A DNA stretch of 64,000 nucleotides, from positions 234,174,001 through 234,238,000 of the forward strand of contig OZ024743.1 of NCBI GenBank assembly GCA_964016885.1. The letters run 5' to 3'. The position numbers and the translations under genes are program-made. Positions 24,801-38,200 of this stretch are shown here, piece after piece. Numbering within the stretch: position 1 is the stretch's first letter; the number at the start of each line of letters is the position of its first letter. Below the pieces are notes generated by a model, which saw only the letters and a list, made by a program, of their open reading frames with translations, was not told the DNA's origin and made no database searches. Origin of the DNA: Eledone cirrhosa. Lineage: Eukaryota.

Positions 24801-27800
24801 ACACTCATTGGCTATGTGTGGCGTGAATTTCAGCAAGATATCTCCGTAAAATCAATAGTTGTGGCTGTGGAACCAAACCGTGTTAAACGTCAGCAAAGTC
24901 CGCCGGCAAATGGTGTGCTTCGAAGAAAACGAATCCAAAAATGACGATTTGCCGGCGGAGTTACCTTTTCAATCGCGGGCCGGCCGCCCGTGGTCGGATC
25001 GATCTGTAATTACTGGTAGATGTGCAGACACTCATTGGCTATGGGTGGCGTGAATTTCAGCAAGATATCTCCGTAAAATCAATAGTTGTGGCTGTGGAAC
25101 CAAACCGTGTTAAACGTCAACAAAGTCCGCCGGCGAATGGTGTGCTTCGAAGAAAACGAATCCAAAAATGACGATTTGCCGGCGGAGTTACCTTTTCAAT
25201 CGCGGGCCGGCCGCCCGTGGTCGGATCGATCTGTAATTACTGGTACATGTGCAGACACTCATTGGCTATGTGTGGCGTGAATTTCAGCAAGATATCTCCG
25301 TAAAATCAATAGTTGTGGTTGTGGAACCAAACCGTGTTAAACGTCAGCAAAGTCCGCCGGCGAATGGTGTGCTTCGAAGAAAACGAATCCAAAAATGACG
25401 ATTTGCCGGCGGAGTTACCTTTTCAATCGCGGGCCGGCCGCCCGTGGTCGGATCGATCTGTAATTACTGGTACATGTGCAGACACTCATTGGCTATGGGT
25501 GGCGTGAATTTCAGCAAGATATCTCCGTAAAATCAATAGTTGTGGCTGTGGAACCAAACCGTGTTAAACGTCAGCAAAGTCCGCCGGCAAATGGTGTGCT
25601 TCGAAGAAAACGAATCCAAAAATGACGATTTGCCGGCGGAGTTACCTTTTCAATCGCGGGCCGGCCGCCCGTGGTCGGATCGATCTGTAATTACTGGTAC
25701 ATGTGCAGACACTCATTGGCTATGTGTGGCGTGAATTTCAGCAAGATATCTCCGTAAAATCAATAGTTGTGGCTGTGGAACCAAACCGTGTTAAACGTCA
25801 GCAAAGTCCGCCGGCGAATGGTGTGCTTCGAAGAAAACGAATCCAAAAATGACGATTTGCCGGCGGAGTTACCTTTTCAATCGCGGCCCGGCCGCCCGTG
25901 GTCGGATCGATCTGTAATTACTGGTACATGTGCAGACACTCATTGGCTATGTGTGGCGTGAATTTCAGCAAGATATCTCCGTAAAATCAATAGTTGTGGC
26001 TGTGGAACCAAACCGTGTTAAACGTCAGCAAAGTCCGCCGGCGAATGGTGTGCTTCGAAGAAAACGAATCCAAAAATGACGATTTGCCGGCGGAGTTACC
26101 TTTTCAATCGCGGGCCGGCCGCCCGTGGTCGGATCGATCTGTAATTACTGGTAGATGTGCAGACACTCATTGGCTATGTGTGGCGTGAATTTCAGCAAGA
26201 TATCTCCGTAAAATCAATAGTTGTGGCTGTGAGCCAAACCGTGTTAAACGTCAGCAAAGTCCGCCGGCGAATGGTGTGCTTCGAAGAAAACGAATCCAAA
26301 AATGACGATTTGCCGGCGGAGTTACCTTTTCAATCGCGGGCCGGCCGCCCGTGGTCGGATCGATCTGTAATTACTGGTAGATGTGCAGACACTCATTGGC
26401 TATGGGTGGCGTGAATTTCAGCAAGATATCTCCGTAAAATCAATAGTTGTGGCTGTGGAACCAAACCGTGTTAAACGTCAACAAAGTCCGCCGGCGAATG
26501 GTGTGCTTCGAAGAAAACGAATCCAAAAATGACGATTTGCCGGCGGAGTTACCTTTTCAATCGCGGGCCGGCCGCCCGTGGTCGGATCGATCTGTAATTA
26601 CTGGTACATGTGCAGACACTCATTGGCTATGTGTGGCGTGAATTTCAGCAAGATATCTCCGTAAAATCAATAGTTGTGGTTGTGGAACCAAACCGTGTTA
26701 AACGTCAGCAAAGTCCGCCGGCGAATGGTGTGCTTCGAAGAAAACGAATCCAAAAATGACGATTTGCCGGCGGAGTTACCTTTTCAATCGCGGGCCGGCC
26801 GCCCGTGGTCGGATCGATCTGTAATTACTGGTACATGTGCAGACACTCATTGGCTATGGGTGGCCTGAATTTCAGCAAGATATCTCCGTAAAATCAATAG
26901 TTGTGGCTGTGGAACCAAACCGTGTTAAACGTCAACAAAGTCCGCCGGCGAATGGTGTGCTTCGAAGAAAACGAATCCAAAAATGACGATTTGCCGGCGG
27001 AGTTACCTTTTCAATCGCGGGCCGGCCGCCCGTGGTCGGATCGATCTGTAATTACTGGTACATGTGCAGACACTCATTGGCTATGTGTGGCGTGAATTTC
27101 AGCAAGATATCTCCGTAAAATCAATAGTTGTGGCTGTGGAACCAAACCGTGTTAAACGTCAGCAAAGTCCGCCGGCAAATGGTGTGCTTCGAAGAAAACG
27201 AATCCAAAAATGACGATTTGCCGGCGGAGTTACCTTTTCAATCGCGGGCCGGCCGCCCGTGGTCGGATCGATCTGTAATTACTGGTACATGTGCAGACAC
27301 TCATTGGCTATGTGTGGCGTGAATTTCAGCAAGATATCTCCGTAAAATCAATAGTTGTGGCTGTGGAACCAAACCGTGTTAAACGTCAGCAAAGTCCGCC
27401 GGCGAATGGTGTGCTTCGAAGAAAACGAATCCAAAAATGACGATTTGCCGGCGGAGTTACCTTTTCAATCGCGGGCCGGCCGCCCGTGGTCGGATCGATC
27501 TGTAATTACTGGTACATGTGCAGACACTCATTGGCTATGGGTGGCGTGAATTTCAGCAAGATATCTCCGTAAAATCAATTGTTGTGGCTGTGGAACCAAA
27601 CCGTGTTAAACGTCAACAAAGTCCGCCGGCGAATGGTGTGCTTCGAAGAAAACGAATCCAAAAATGACGATTTGCCGGCGGAGTTACCTTTTCAATCGCG
27701 GGCCGGCCGCCCGTGGTCGGATCGATCTGTAATTACTGGTACATGTGCAGACACTCATTGGCTATGTGTGGCGTGAATTTCAGCAAGATATCTCCGTAAA

Positions 27801-29607
27801 ATCAATAGTTGTGGCTGTGGAACCAAACCGTGTTAAACGTCAGCAAAGTCCGCCGGCGAATGGTGTGCTTCGAAGAAAACGAATCCAAAAATGACGATTT
27901 GCCGGCGGAGTTACCTTTTCAATCGCGGCCCGGCCGCCCGTGGTCGGATCGATCTGTAATTACTGGTACATGTGCAGACACTCATTGGCTATGTGTGGCG
28001 TGAATTTCAGCAAGATATCTCCGTAAAATCAATAGTTGTGGCTGTGGAACCAAACCGTGTTAAACGTCAACAAAGTCCGCCGGCGAATGGTGTGCTTCGA
28101 AGAAAACGAATCCAAAAATGACGATTTGCCGGCGGAGTTACCTTTTCAATCGCGGGCCGGCCGCCCGTGGTCGGATCGATCTGTAATTACTGGTACATGT
28201 GCAGACACTCATTGGCTATGTGTGGCGTGAATTTCAGCAAGATATCTCCGTAAAATCAATAGTTGTGGCTGTGGAACCAAACCGTGTTAAACGTCAGCAA
28301 AGTCCGCCGGCGAATGGTGTGCTTCGAAGAAAACGAATCCAAAAATGACGATTTGCCGGCGGAGTTACCTTTTCAATCGCGGGCCGGCCGCCCGTGGTCG
28401 GATCGATCTGTAATTACTGGTACATGTGCAGACACTCATTGGCTATGGGTGGCGTGAATTTCAGCAAGATATCTCCGTAAAATCAATAGTTGTGGTTGTG
28501 GAACCAAACCGTGTTAAACGTCAGCAAAGTCCGCCGGCGAATGGTGTGCTTCGAAGAAAACGAATCCAAAAATGACGATTTGCCGGCGGAGTTACCTTTT
28601 CAATCGCGGGCCGGCCGCCCGTGGTTGGATCGATCTGTAATTACTGGTACATGTGCAGACACTCATTGGCTATGTGTGGCGTGAATTTCAGCAAGATATC
28701 TCCGTAAAATCAATAGTTGTGGCTGTGGAACCAAACCGTGTTAAACGTCAGCAAAGTCCGCCGGCAAATGGTGTGCTTCGAAGAAAACGAATCCAAAAAT
28801 GACGATTTGCCGGCGGAGTTACCTTTTCAATCGCGGGCCGGCCGCCCGTGGTCGGATCGATCTGTAATTACTGGTACATGTGCAGACACTCATTGGCTAT
28901 GTGTGGCGTGAATTTCAGCAAGATATCTCCGTAAAATCAATAGTTGTGGCTGTGGAACCAAACCGTGTTAAACGTCAGCAAAGTCCGCCGGCGAATGGTG
29001 TGCTTCGAAGAAAACGAATCCAAAAATGACGATTTGCCGGCGGAGTTACCTTTTCAATCGCGGCCCGGCCGCCCGTGGTCGGATCGATCTGTAATTACTG
29101 GTACATGTGCAGACACTCATTGGCTATGTGTGGCGTGAATTTCAGCAAGATATCTCCGTAAAATCAATAGTTGTGGCTGTGGAACCAAACCGTGTTAAAC
29201 GTCAGCAAAGTCCGCCGGCGAATGGTGTGCTTCGAAAAAAACGAATCCAAAAATGACGATTTGCCGGCGGAGTTACCTTTTCAATCGCGGGCCGGCCGCC
29301 CGTGGTCGGATCGATCTGTAATTACTGGTAGATGTGCAGACACTCATTGGCTATGTGTGGCGTGAATTTCAGCAAGATATCTCCGTAAAATCAATAGTTG
29401 TGGCTGTGAGCCAAACCGTGTTAAACGTCAGCAAAGTCCGCCGGCGAATGGTGTGCTTCGAAGAAAACGAATCCAAAAATGACGATTTGCCGGCGGAGTT
29501 ACCTTTTCAATCGCGGGCCGGCCGCCCGTGGTCGGATCGATCTGTAATTACTGGTAGATGTGCAGACACTCATTGGCTATGGGTGGCGTGAATTTCAGCA
29601 AGATATC
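12817..29607 (+). repeat. Higher-order repeat: 21-monomer (4765-bp) block in three copies (12817-17581, 17809-22573, 24843-29607)
   Basis: The order of variant monomers is identical in the three blocks. Private markers GGCCTGA (14839, 19831, 26865) and GGTTGGA (16600, 21592, 28626) recur at offsets 4992 and 7034. Confidence 0.9.
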
Positions 29608-32600
29608 TCCGTAAAATCAATAGTTGTGGCTGTGGAACCAAACCGTGTTAAACGTCAACAAAGTCCGCGGCGAATGGTGTGCTTCGAAGAAAACGAATCC
29701 AAAAATGACGATTTGCCGGCGGAGTTACCTTTTCAATCGCGGGCCGGCCGCCCGTGGTCGGATCGATCTGTAATTACTGGTACATGTGCAGACACTCATT
29801 GGCTATGTGTGGCGTGAATTTCAGCAAGATATCTCCGTAAAATCAATAGTTGTGGTTGTGGAACCAAACCGTGTTAAACGTCAGCAAAGTCCGCCGGCGA
29901 ATGGTGTGCTTCGAAGAAAACGAATCCAAAAATGACGATTTGCCGGCGGAGTTACCTTTTCAATCGCGGGCCGGCCGCCCGTGGTCGGATCGATCTGTAA
30001 TTACTGGTACATGTGCAGACACTCATTGGCTATGGGTGGCGTGAATTTCAGCAAGATATCTCCGTAAAATCAATAGTTGTGGCTGTGGAACCAAACCGTG
30101 TTAAACGTCAACAAAGTCCGCCGGCGAATGGTGTGCTTCGAAGAAAACGAATCCAAAAATGACGATTTGCCGGCGGAGTTACCTTTTCAATCGCGGGCCG
30201 GCCGCCCGTGGTCGGATCGATCTGTAATTACTGGTACATGTGCAGACACTCATTGGCTATGTGTGGCGTGAATTTCAGCAAGATATCTCCGTAAAATCAA
30301 TAGTTGTGGCTGTGGAACCAAACCGTGTTAAACGTCAACAAAGTCTGCCGGCGAATGGTGTGCTTCGAAGAAAACGAATCCAAAAATGACGATTTGCCGG
30401 CGGAGTTACCTTTTCAATCGCGGGCCGGCCGCACGTGGTCGGATCGATCTGTAATTACTGGTACCTGTGCAGACACTCATTGGCTATGGGTGGCGTGAAT
30501 TTCAGCAAGATATCTCCGTAAAATCAATAGTTGTGGCTGTGGAACCAAACCGTGTTAAACGTCAACAAAGTCCGCCGGCGAATGGTGTGCTTCGAAGAAA
30601 ACGAATCCAAAAATGACGATTTGCCGGCGGAGTTACCTTTTCAATCGCGGGCCGGCCGCCCGTGGTCGGATCGATCTGTAATTACTGGTACATGTGCAGA
30701 CACTCATTGGCTATGTGTGGCGTGAATTTCAGCAAGATATCTCCGTAAAATCAATAGTTGTGGCTGTGGAACCAAACCGTGTTAAACGTCAGCAAAGTCC
30801 GCCGGCAAATGGTGTGCTTCGAAGAAAACGAATCCAAAAATGACGATTTGCCGGCGGAGTTACCTTTTCAATCGCGGGCCGGCCGCCCGTGGTCGGATCG
30901 ATCTGTAATTACTGGTAGATGTGCAGACACTCATTGGCTATGGGTGGCGTGAATTTCAGCAAGATATCTCCGTAAAATCAATAGTTGTGGCTGTGGAACC
31001 AAACCGTGTTAAACGTCAACAAAGTCCGCCGGCGAATGGTGTGCTTCGAAGAAAACGAATCCAAAAATGACGATTTGCCGGCGGAGTTACCTTTTCAATC
31101 GCGGGCCGGCCGCCCGTGGTCGGATCGATCTGTAATTACTGGTACATGTGCAGACACTCATTGGCTATGTGTGGCGTGAATTTCAGCAAGATATCTCCGT
31201 AAAATCAATAGTTGTGGTTGTGGAACCAAACCGTGTTAAACGTCAGCAAAGTCCGCCGGCGAATGGTGTGCTTCGAAGAAAACGAATCCAAAAATGACGA
31301 TTTGCCGGCGGAGTTACCTTTTCAATCGCGGGCCGGCCGCCCGTGGTCGGATCGATCTGTAATTACTGGTACATGTGCAGACACTCATTGGCTATGGGTG
31401 GCGTGAATTTCAGCAAGATATCTCCGTAAAATCAATAGTTGTGGCTGTGGAACCAAACCGTGTTAAACGTCAGCAAAGTCCGCCGGCAAATGGTGTGCTT
31501 CGAAGAAAACGAATCCAAAAATGACGATTTGCCGGCGGAGTTACCTTTTCAATCGCGGGCCGGCCGCCCGTGGTCGGATCGATCTGTAATTACTGGTACA
31601 TGTGCAGACACTCATTGGCTATGTGTGGCGTGAATTTCAGCAAGATATCTCCGTAAAATCAATAGTTGTGGCTGTGGAACCAAACCGTGTTAAACGTCAG
31701 CAAAGTCCGCCGGCGAATGGTGTGCTTCGAAGAAAACGAATCCAAAAATGACGATTTGCCGGCGGAGTTACCTTTTCAATCGCGGCCCGGCCGCCCGTGG
31801 TCGGATCGATCTGTAATTACTGGTACATGTGCAGACACTCATTGGCTATGTGTGGCGTGAATTTCAGCAAGATATCTCCGTAAAATCAATAGTTGTGGCT
31901 GTGGAACCAAACCGTGTTAAACGTCAGCAAAGTCCGCCGGCGAATGGTGTGCTTCGAAGAAAACGAATCCAAAAATGACGATTTGCCGGCGGAGTTACCT
32001 TTTCAATCGCGGGCCGGCCGCCCGTGGTCGGATCGATCTGTAATTACTGGTAGATGTGCAGACACTCATTGGCTATGTGTGGCGTGAATTTCAGCAAGAT
32101 ATCTCCGTAAAATCAATAGTTGTGGCTGTGAGCCAAACCGTGTTAAACGTCAGCAAAGTCCGCCGGCGAATGGTGTGCTTCGAAGAAAACGAATCCAAAA
32201 ATGACGATTTGCCGGCGGAGTTACCTTTTCAATCGCGGGCCGGCCGCCCGTGGTCGGATCGATCTGTAATTACTGGTAGATGTGCAGACACTCATTGGCT
32301 ATGGGTGGCGTGAATTTCAGCAAGATATCTCCGTAAAATCAATAGTTGTGGCTGTGGAACCAAACCGTGTTAAACGTCAACAAAGTCCGCCGGCGAATGG
32401 TGTGCTTCGAAGAAAACGAATCCAAAAATGACGATTTGCCGGCGGAGTTACCTTTTCAATCGCGGGCCGGCCGCCCGTGGTCGGATCGATCTGTAATTAC
32501 TGGTACATGTGCAGACACTCATTGGCTATGTGTGGCGTGAATTTCAGCAAGATATCTCCGTAAAATCAATAGTTGTGGTTGTGGAACCAAACCGTGTTAA

Positions 32601-35280
32601 ACGTCAGCAAAGTCCGCCGGCGAATGGTGTGCTTCGAAGAAAACGAATCCAAAAATGACGATTTGCCGGCGGAGTTACCTTTTCAATCGCGGGCCGGCCG
32701 CCCGTGGTCGGATCGATCTGTAATTACTGGTACATGTGCAGACACTCATTGGCTATGGGTGGCGTGAATTTCAGCAAGATATCTCCGTAAAATCAATAGT
32801 TGTGGCTGTGGAACCAAACCGTGTTAAACGTCAACAAAGTCCGCCGGCGAATGGTGTGCTTCGAAGAAAACGAATCCAAAAATGACGATTTGCCGGCGGA
32901 GTTACCTTTTCAATCGCGGGCCGGCCGCCCGTGGTCGGATCGATCTGTAATTACTGGTACATGTGCAGACACTCATTGGCTATGTGTGGCGTGAATTTCA
33001 GCAAGATATCTCCGTAAAATCAATAGTTGTGGCTGTGGAACCAAACCGTGTTAAACGTCAGCAAAGTCCGCCGGCAAATGGTGTGCTTCGAAGAAAACGA
33101 ATCCAAAAATGACGATTTGCCGGCGGAGTTACCTTTTCAATCGCGGGCCGGCCGCCCGTGGTCGGATCGATCTGTAATTACTGGTACATGTGCAGACACT
33201 CATTGGCTATGTGTGGCGTGAATTTCAGCAAGATATCTCCGTAAAATCAATAGTTGTGGCTGTGGAACCAAACCGTGTTAAACGTCAGCAAAGTCCGCCG
33301 GCGAATGGTGTGCTTCGAAGAAAACGAATCCAAAAATGACGATTTGCCGGCGGAGTTACCTTTTCAATCGCGGGCCGGCCGCCCGTGGTCGGATCGATCT
33401 GTAATTACTGGTACATGTGCAGACACTCATTGGCTATGGGTGGCGTGAATTTCAGCAAGATATCTCCGTAAAATCAATTGTTGTGGCTGTGGAACCAAAC
33501 CGTGTTAAACGTCAACAAAGTCCGCCGGCGAATGGTGTGCTTCGAAGAAAACGAATCCAAAAATGACGATTTGCCGGCGGAGTTACCTTTTCAATCGCGG
33601 GCCGGCCGCCCGTGGTCGGATCGATCTGTAATTACTGGTACATGTGCAGACACTCATTGGCTATGTGTGGCGTGAATTTCAGCAAGATATCTCCGTAAAA
33701 TCAATAGTTGTGGCTGTGGAACCAAACCGTGTTAAACGTCAGCAAAGTCCGCCGGCGAATGGTGTGCTTCGAAGAAAACGAATCCAAAAATGACGATTTG
33801 CCGGCGGAGTTACCTTTTCAATCGCGGCCCGGCCGCCCGTGGTCGGATCGATCTGTAATTACTGGTACATGTGCAGACACTCATTGGCTATGTGTGGCGT
33901 GAATTTCAGCAAGATATCTCCGTAAAATCAATAGTTGTGGCTGTGGAACCAAACCGTGTTAAACGTCAACAAAGTCCGCCGGCGAATGGTGTGCTTCGAA
34001 GAAAACGAATCCAAAAATGACGATTTGCCGGCGGAGTTACCTTTTCAATCGCGGGCCGGCCGCCCGTGGTCGGATCGATCTGTAATTACTGGTACATGTG
34101 CAGACACTCATTGGCTATGTGTGGCGTGAATTTCAGCAAGATATCTCCGTAAAATCAATAGTTGTGGCTGTGGAACCAAACCGTGTTAAACGTCAGCAAA
34201 GTCCGCCGGCGAATGGTGTGCTTCGAAGAAAACGAATCCAAAAATGACGATTTGCCGGCGGAGTTACCTTTTCAATCGCGGGCCGGCCGCCCGTGGTCGG
34301 ATCGATCTGTAATTACTGGTACATGTGCAGACACTCATTGGCTATGGGTGGCGTGAATTTCAGCAAGATATCTCCGTAAAATCAATAGTTGTGGCTGTGG
34401 AACCAAACCGTGTTAAACGTCAACAAAGTCCGCCGGCGAATGGTGTGCTTCGAAGAAAACGAATCCAAAAATGACGATTTGCCGGCGGAGTTACCTTTTC
34501 AATCGCGGGCCGGCCGCCCGTGGTCGGATCGATCTGTAATTACTGGTACATGTGCAGACACTCATTGGCTATGTGTGGCGTGAATTTCAGCAAGATATCT
34601 CCGTAAAATCAATAGTTGTGGCTGTGGAACCAAACCGTGTTAAACGTCAACAAAGTCCGCCGGCGAATGGTGTGCTTCGAAGAAAACGAATCCAAAAATG
34701 ACGATTTGCCGGCGGAGTTACCTTTTCAATCGCGGGCCGGCCGCCCGTGGTCGGATCGATCTGTAATTACTGGTACCTGTGCAGACACTCATTGGCTATG
34801 GGTGGCGTGAATTTCAGCAAGATATCTCCGTAAAATCAATAGTTGTGGCTGTGGAACCAAACCGTGTTAAACGTCAACAAAGTCCGCCGGCGAATGGTGT
34901 GCTTCGAAGAAAACGAATCCAAAAATGACGATTTGCCGGCGGAGTTACCTTTTCAATCGCGGGCCGGCCGCCCGTGGTCGGATCGATCTGTAATTACTGG
35001 TACATGTGCAGACACTCATTGGCTATGTGTGGCGTGAATTTCAGCAAGATATCTCCGTAAAATCAATAGTTGTGGCTGTGGAACCAAACCGTGTTAAACG
35101 TCAGCAAAGTCCGCCGGCAAATGGTGTGCTTCGAAGAAAACGAATCCAAAAATGACGATTTGCCGGCGGAGTTACCTTTTCAATCGCGGGCCGGCCGCCC
35201 GTGGTCGGATCGATCTGTAATTACTGGTACATGTGCAGACACTCATTGGCTATGGGTGGCGTGAATTTCAGCAAGATATC

Positions 35281-38200
35281 TCCGTAAAATCAATAGTTGT
35301 GGCTGTGGAACCAAACCGTGTTAAACGTCAACAAAGTCCGCCGGCGAATGGTGTGCTTCGAAGAAAACGAATCCAAAAATGACGATTTGCCGGCGGAGTT
35401 ACCTTTTCAATCGCGGGCCGGCCGCCCGTGGTCGGATCGATCTGTAATTACTGGTACATGTGCAGACACTCATTGGCTATGTGTGGCGTGAATTTCAGCA
35501 AGATATCTCCGTAAAATCAATAGTTGTGGCTGTGGAACCAAACCGTGTTAAACGTCAGCAAAGTCCGCCGGCAAATGGTGTGCTTCGAAGAAAACGAATC
35601 CAAAAATGACGATTTGCCGGCGGAGTTACCTTTTCAATCGCGGGCCGGCCGCCCGTGGTCGGATCGATCTGTAATTACTGGTACATGTGCAGACACTCAT
35701 TGGCTATGTGTGGCGTGAATTTCAGCAAGATATCTCCGTAAAATCAATAGTTGTGGCTGTGGAACCAAACCGTGTTAAACGTCAGCAAAGTCCGCCGGCG
35801 AATGGTGTGCTTCGAAGAAAACGAATCCAAAAATGACGATTTGCCGGCGGAGTTACCTTTTCAATCGCGGGCCGGCCGCCCGTGGTCGGATCGATCTGTA
35901 ATTACTGGTACATGTGCAGACACTCATTGGCTATGGGTGGCGTGAATTTCAGCAAGATATCTCCGTAAAATCAATAGTTGTGGCTGTGGAACCAAACCGT
36001 GTTAAACGTCAGCAAAGTCCGCCGGCAAATGGTGTGCTTCGAAGAAAACGAATCCAAAAATGACGATTTGCCGGCGGAGTTACCTTTTCAATCGCGGGCC
36101 GGCCGCCCGTGGTCGGATCGATCTGTAATTACTGGTACATGTGCAGACACTCATTGGCTATGTGTGGCGTGAATTTCAGCAAGATATCTCCGTAAAATCA
36201 ATAGTTGTGGCTGTGGAACCAAACCGTGTTAAACGTCAGCAAAGTCCGCCGGCGAATGGTGTGCTTCGAAGAAAACGAATCCAAAAATGACGATTTGCCG
36301 GCGGAGTTACCTTTTCAATCGCGGCCCGGCCGCCCGTGGTCGGATCGATCTGTAATTACTGGTACATGTGCAGACACTCATTGGCTATGTGTGGCGTGAA
36401 TTTCAGCAAGATATCTCCGTAAAATCAATAGTTGTGGCTGTGGAACCAAACCGTGTTAAACGTCAGCAAAGTCCGCCGGCGAATGGTGTGCTTCGAAGAA
36501 AACGAATCCAAAAATGACGATTTGCCGGCGGAGTTACCTTTTCAATCGCGGGCCGGCCGCCCGTGGTCGGATCGATCTGTAATTACTGGTAGATGTGCAG
36601 ACACTCATTGGCTATGTGTGGCGTGAATTTCAGCAAGATATCTCCGTAAAATCAATAGTTGTGGCTGTGAGCCAAACCGTGTTAAACGTCAGCAAAGTCC
36701 GCCGGCGAATGGTGTGCTTCGAAGAAAACGAATCCAAAAATGACGATTTGCCGGCGGAGTTACCTTTTCAATCGCGGGCCGGCCGCCCGTGGTCGGATCG
36801 ATCTGTAATTACTGGTAGATGTGCAGACACTCATTGGCTATGGGTGGCGTGAATTTCAGCAAGATATCTCCGTAAAATCAATAGTTGTGGCTGTGGAACC
36901 AAACCGTGTTAAACGTCAACAAAGTCCGCCGGCGAATGGTGTGCTTCGAAGAAAACGAATCCAAAAATGACGATTTGCCGGCGGAGTTACCTTTTCAATC
37001 GCGGGCCGGCCGCCCGTGGTCGGATCGATCTGTAATTACTGGTACATGTGCAGACACTCATTGGCTATATGTGGCGTGAATTTCAGCAAGATATCTCCGT
37101 AAAATCAATAGTTGTGGTTGTGGAACCAAACCGTGTTAAACGTCAGCAAAGTCCGCCGGCGAATGGTGTGCTTCGAAGAAAACGAATCCAAAAATGACGA
37201 TTTGCCGGCGGAGTTACCTTTTCAATCGCGGGCCGGCCGCCCGTGGTCGGATCGATCTGTAATTACTGGTACATGTGCAGACACTCATTGGCTATGTGTG
37301 GCGTGAATTTCAGCAAGATATCTCCGTAAAATCAATAGTTGTGGCTGTGGAACCAAACCGTGTTAAACGTCAGCAAAGTCCGCCGGCAAATGGTGTGCTT
37401 CGAAGAAAACGAATCCAAAAATGACGATTTGCCGGCGGAGTTACCTTTTCAATCGCGGGCCGGCCGCCCGTGGTCGGATCGATCTGTAATTACTGGTACA
37501 TGTGCAGACACTCATTGGCTATGTGTGGCGTGAATTTCAGCAAGATATCTCCGTAAAATCAATAGTTGTGGCTGTGGAACCAAACCGTGTTAAACGTCAG
37601 CAAAGTCCGCCGGCGAATGGTGTGCTTCGAAGAAAACGAATCCAAAAATGACGATTTGCCGGCGGAGTTACCTTTTCAATCGCGGGCCGGCCGCCCGTGG
37701 TCGGATCGATCTGTAATTACTGGTACATGTGCAGACACTCATTGGCTATGGGTGGCGTGAATTTCAGCAAGATATCTCCGTAAAATCAATAGTTGTGGCT
37801 GTGGAACCAAACCGTGTTAAACGTCAGCAAAGTCCGCCGGCAAATGGTGTGCTTCGAAGAAAACGAATCCAAAAATGACGATTTGCCGGCGGAGTTACCT
37901 TTTCAATCGCGGGCCGGCCGCCCGTGGTCGGATCGATCTGTAATTACTGGTACATGTGCAGACACTCATTGGCTATGTGTGGCGTGAATTTCAGCAAGAT
38001 ATCTCCGTAAAATCAATAGTTGTGGCTGTGGAACCAAACCGTGTTAAACGTCAGCAAAGTCCGCCGGCGAATGGTGTGCTTCGAAGAAAACGAATCCAAA
38101 AATGACGATTTGCCGGCGGAGTTACCTTTTCAATCGCGGCCCGGCCGCCCGTGGTCGGATCGATCTGTAATTACTGGTACATGTGCAGACACTCATTGGC

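Noticed and set aside
29660-29675. Singleton 1-bp deletion (GTCCGCGGCG) and other singletons (near 3231, 4399, 5259, 60373)
   Set aside because: Each occurs once and cannot be told apart from a consensus error or an isolated point mutation.
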